The translations under genes were made by a program, and so were the position numbers. A stretch of 64,000 nt of DNA from Takakia lepidozioides. Lineage: Eukaryota; Plantae; Bryophyta. How positions within the stretch are numbered: position 1 is the stretch's first letter; each line of letters opens with the position of its first letter. The DNA is taken from assembly GCA_030704615.1 (NCBI GenBank), contig CM060733.1:3968001-4032000 (forward strand), given 5' to 3'. A model generated the notes under the pieces. That model was not told the DNA's origin and did no database searches. It saw only the letters and a program-made list of their open reading frames with translations. Below, in pieces: positions 63,835 through 64,000 of the stretch.

Positions 63835-64000
63835 TACAATACGGGTATTGGATGGGTATTGCCTTTGAATACTAGCCGGTCCGGTTATTAACCCTAGTAT
63901 TGGAATTGCCAGTACCAGCCGGTTCGGTTATTAACCCTAGTATTACAATAGCCAATAGCAGCCGGGTCGGTTATCCAATACCCTGATTGATACCCTCGAT
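63835..64000 (-). mobile_element. Partial hAT-type element related to 35652-36418, cut by the window end
   Basis: ACCAGCCGG, GGAATTGCCA and CCGGGTCGGTTA motifs are reverse complements of the left subterminal region of the 35652 element. Confidence 0.65.

Overview
Eukaryotic nuclear DNA from a land plant, most likely a non-seed plant (bryophyte, lycophyte or fern grade). This is inferred from a moss-type MIKC* MADS protein, an EFCAB11-like gene and a copia element primed by a half-tRNA. The first ~21 kb is mostly transposons and pseudogenes: the last exon of an RGG-rich gene, LINE remnants enclosing an intron-containing FAH pseudogene fragment, and a possible Helitron remnant carrying a 43-bp palindromic array. 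It also holds a PIF/Harbinger element, a complete but degenerate Ty1/copia element (LTRs, TSD) inside a 4CL-like pseudogene, and a CACTA element. From 22 kb onward the window is gene-rich: a small plant-specific gene with an ABRE/P1BS promoter, RZ-1 glycine-rich RRM-zinc-knuckle protein, RPL15, AAE14/MenE, GRXS16, an ANTH clathrin-assembly gene with an internal stop, an intronless MIKC*-type MADS gene, an EFCAB11-like EF-hand gene and a deleted PPR-DYW pseudogene, interspersed with SINEs and MITEs. Best leads: the intronless MIKC* MADS gene (possible retrogene), RTEX-type LINE remnants resembling cnidarian elements, the ANTH internal TAA, and the 43-bp hairpin array. No CRISPR or prokaryote-type system is supported. 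All homology calls come from motif recognition, not database searches.
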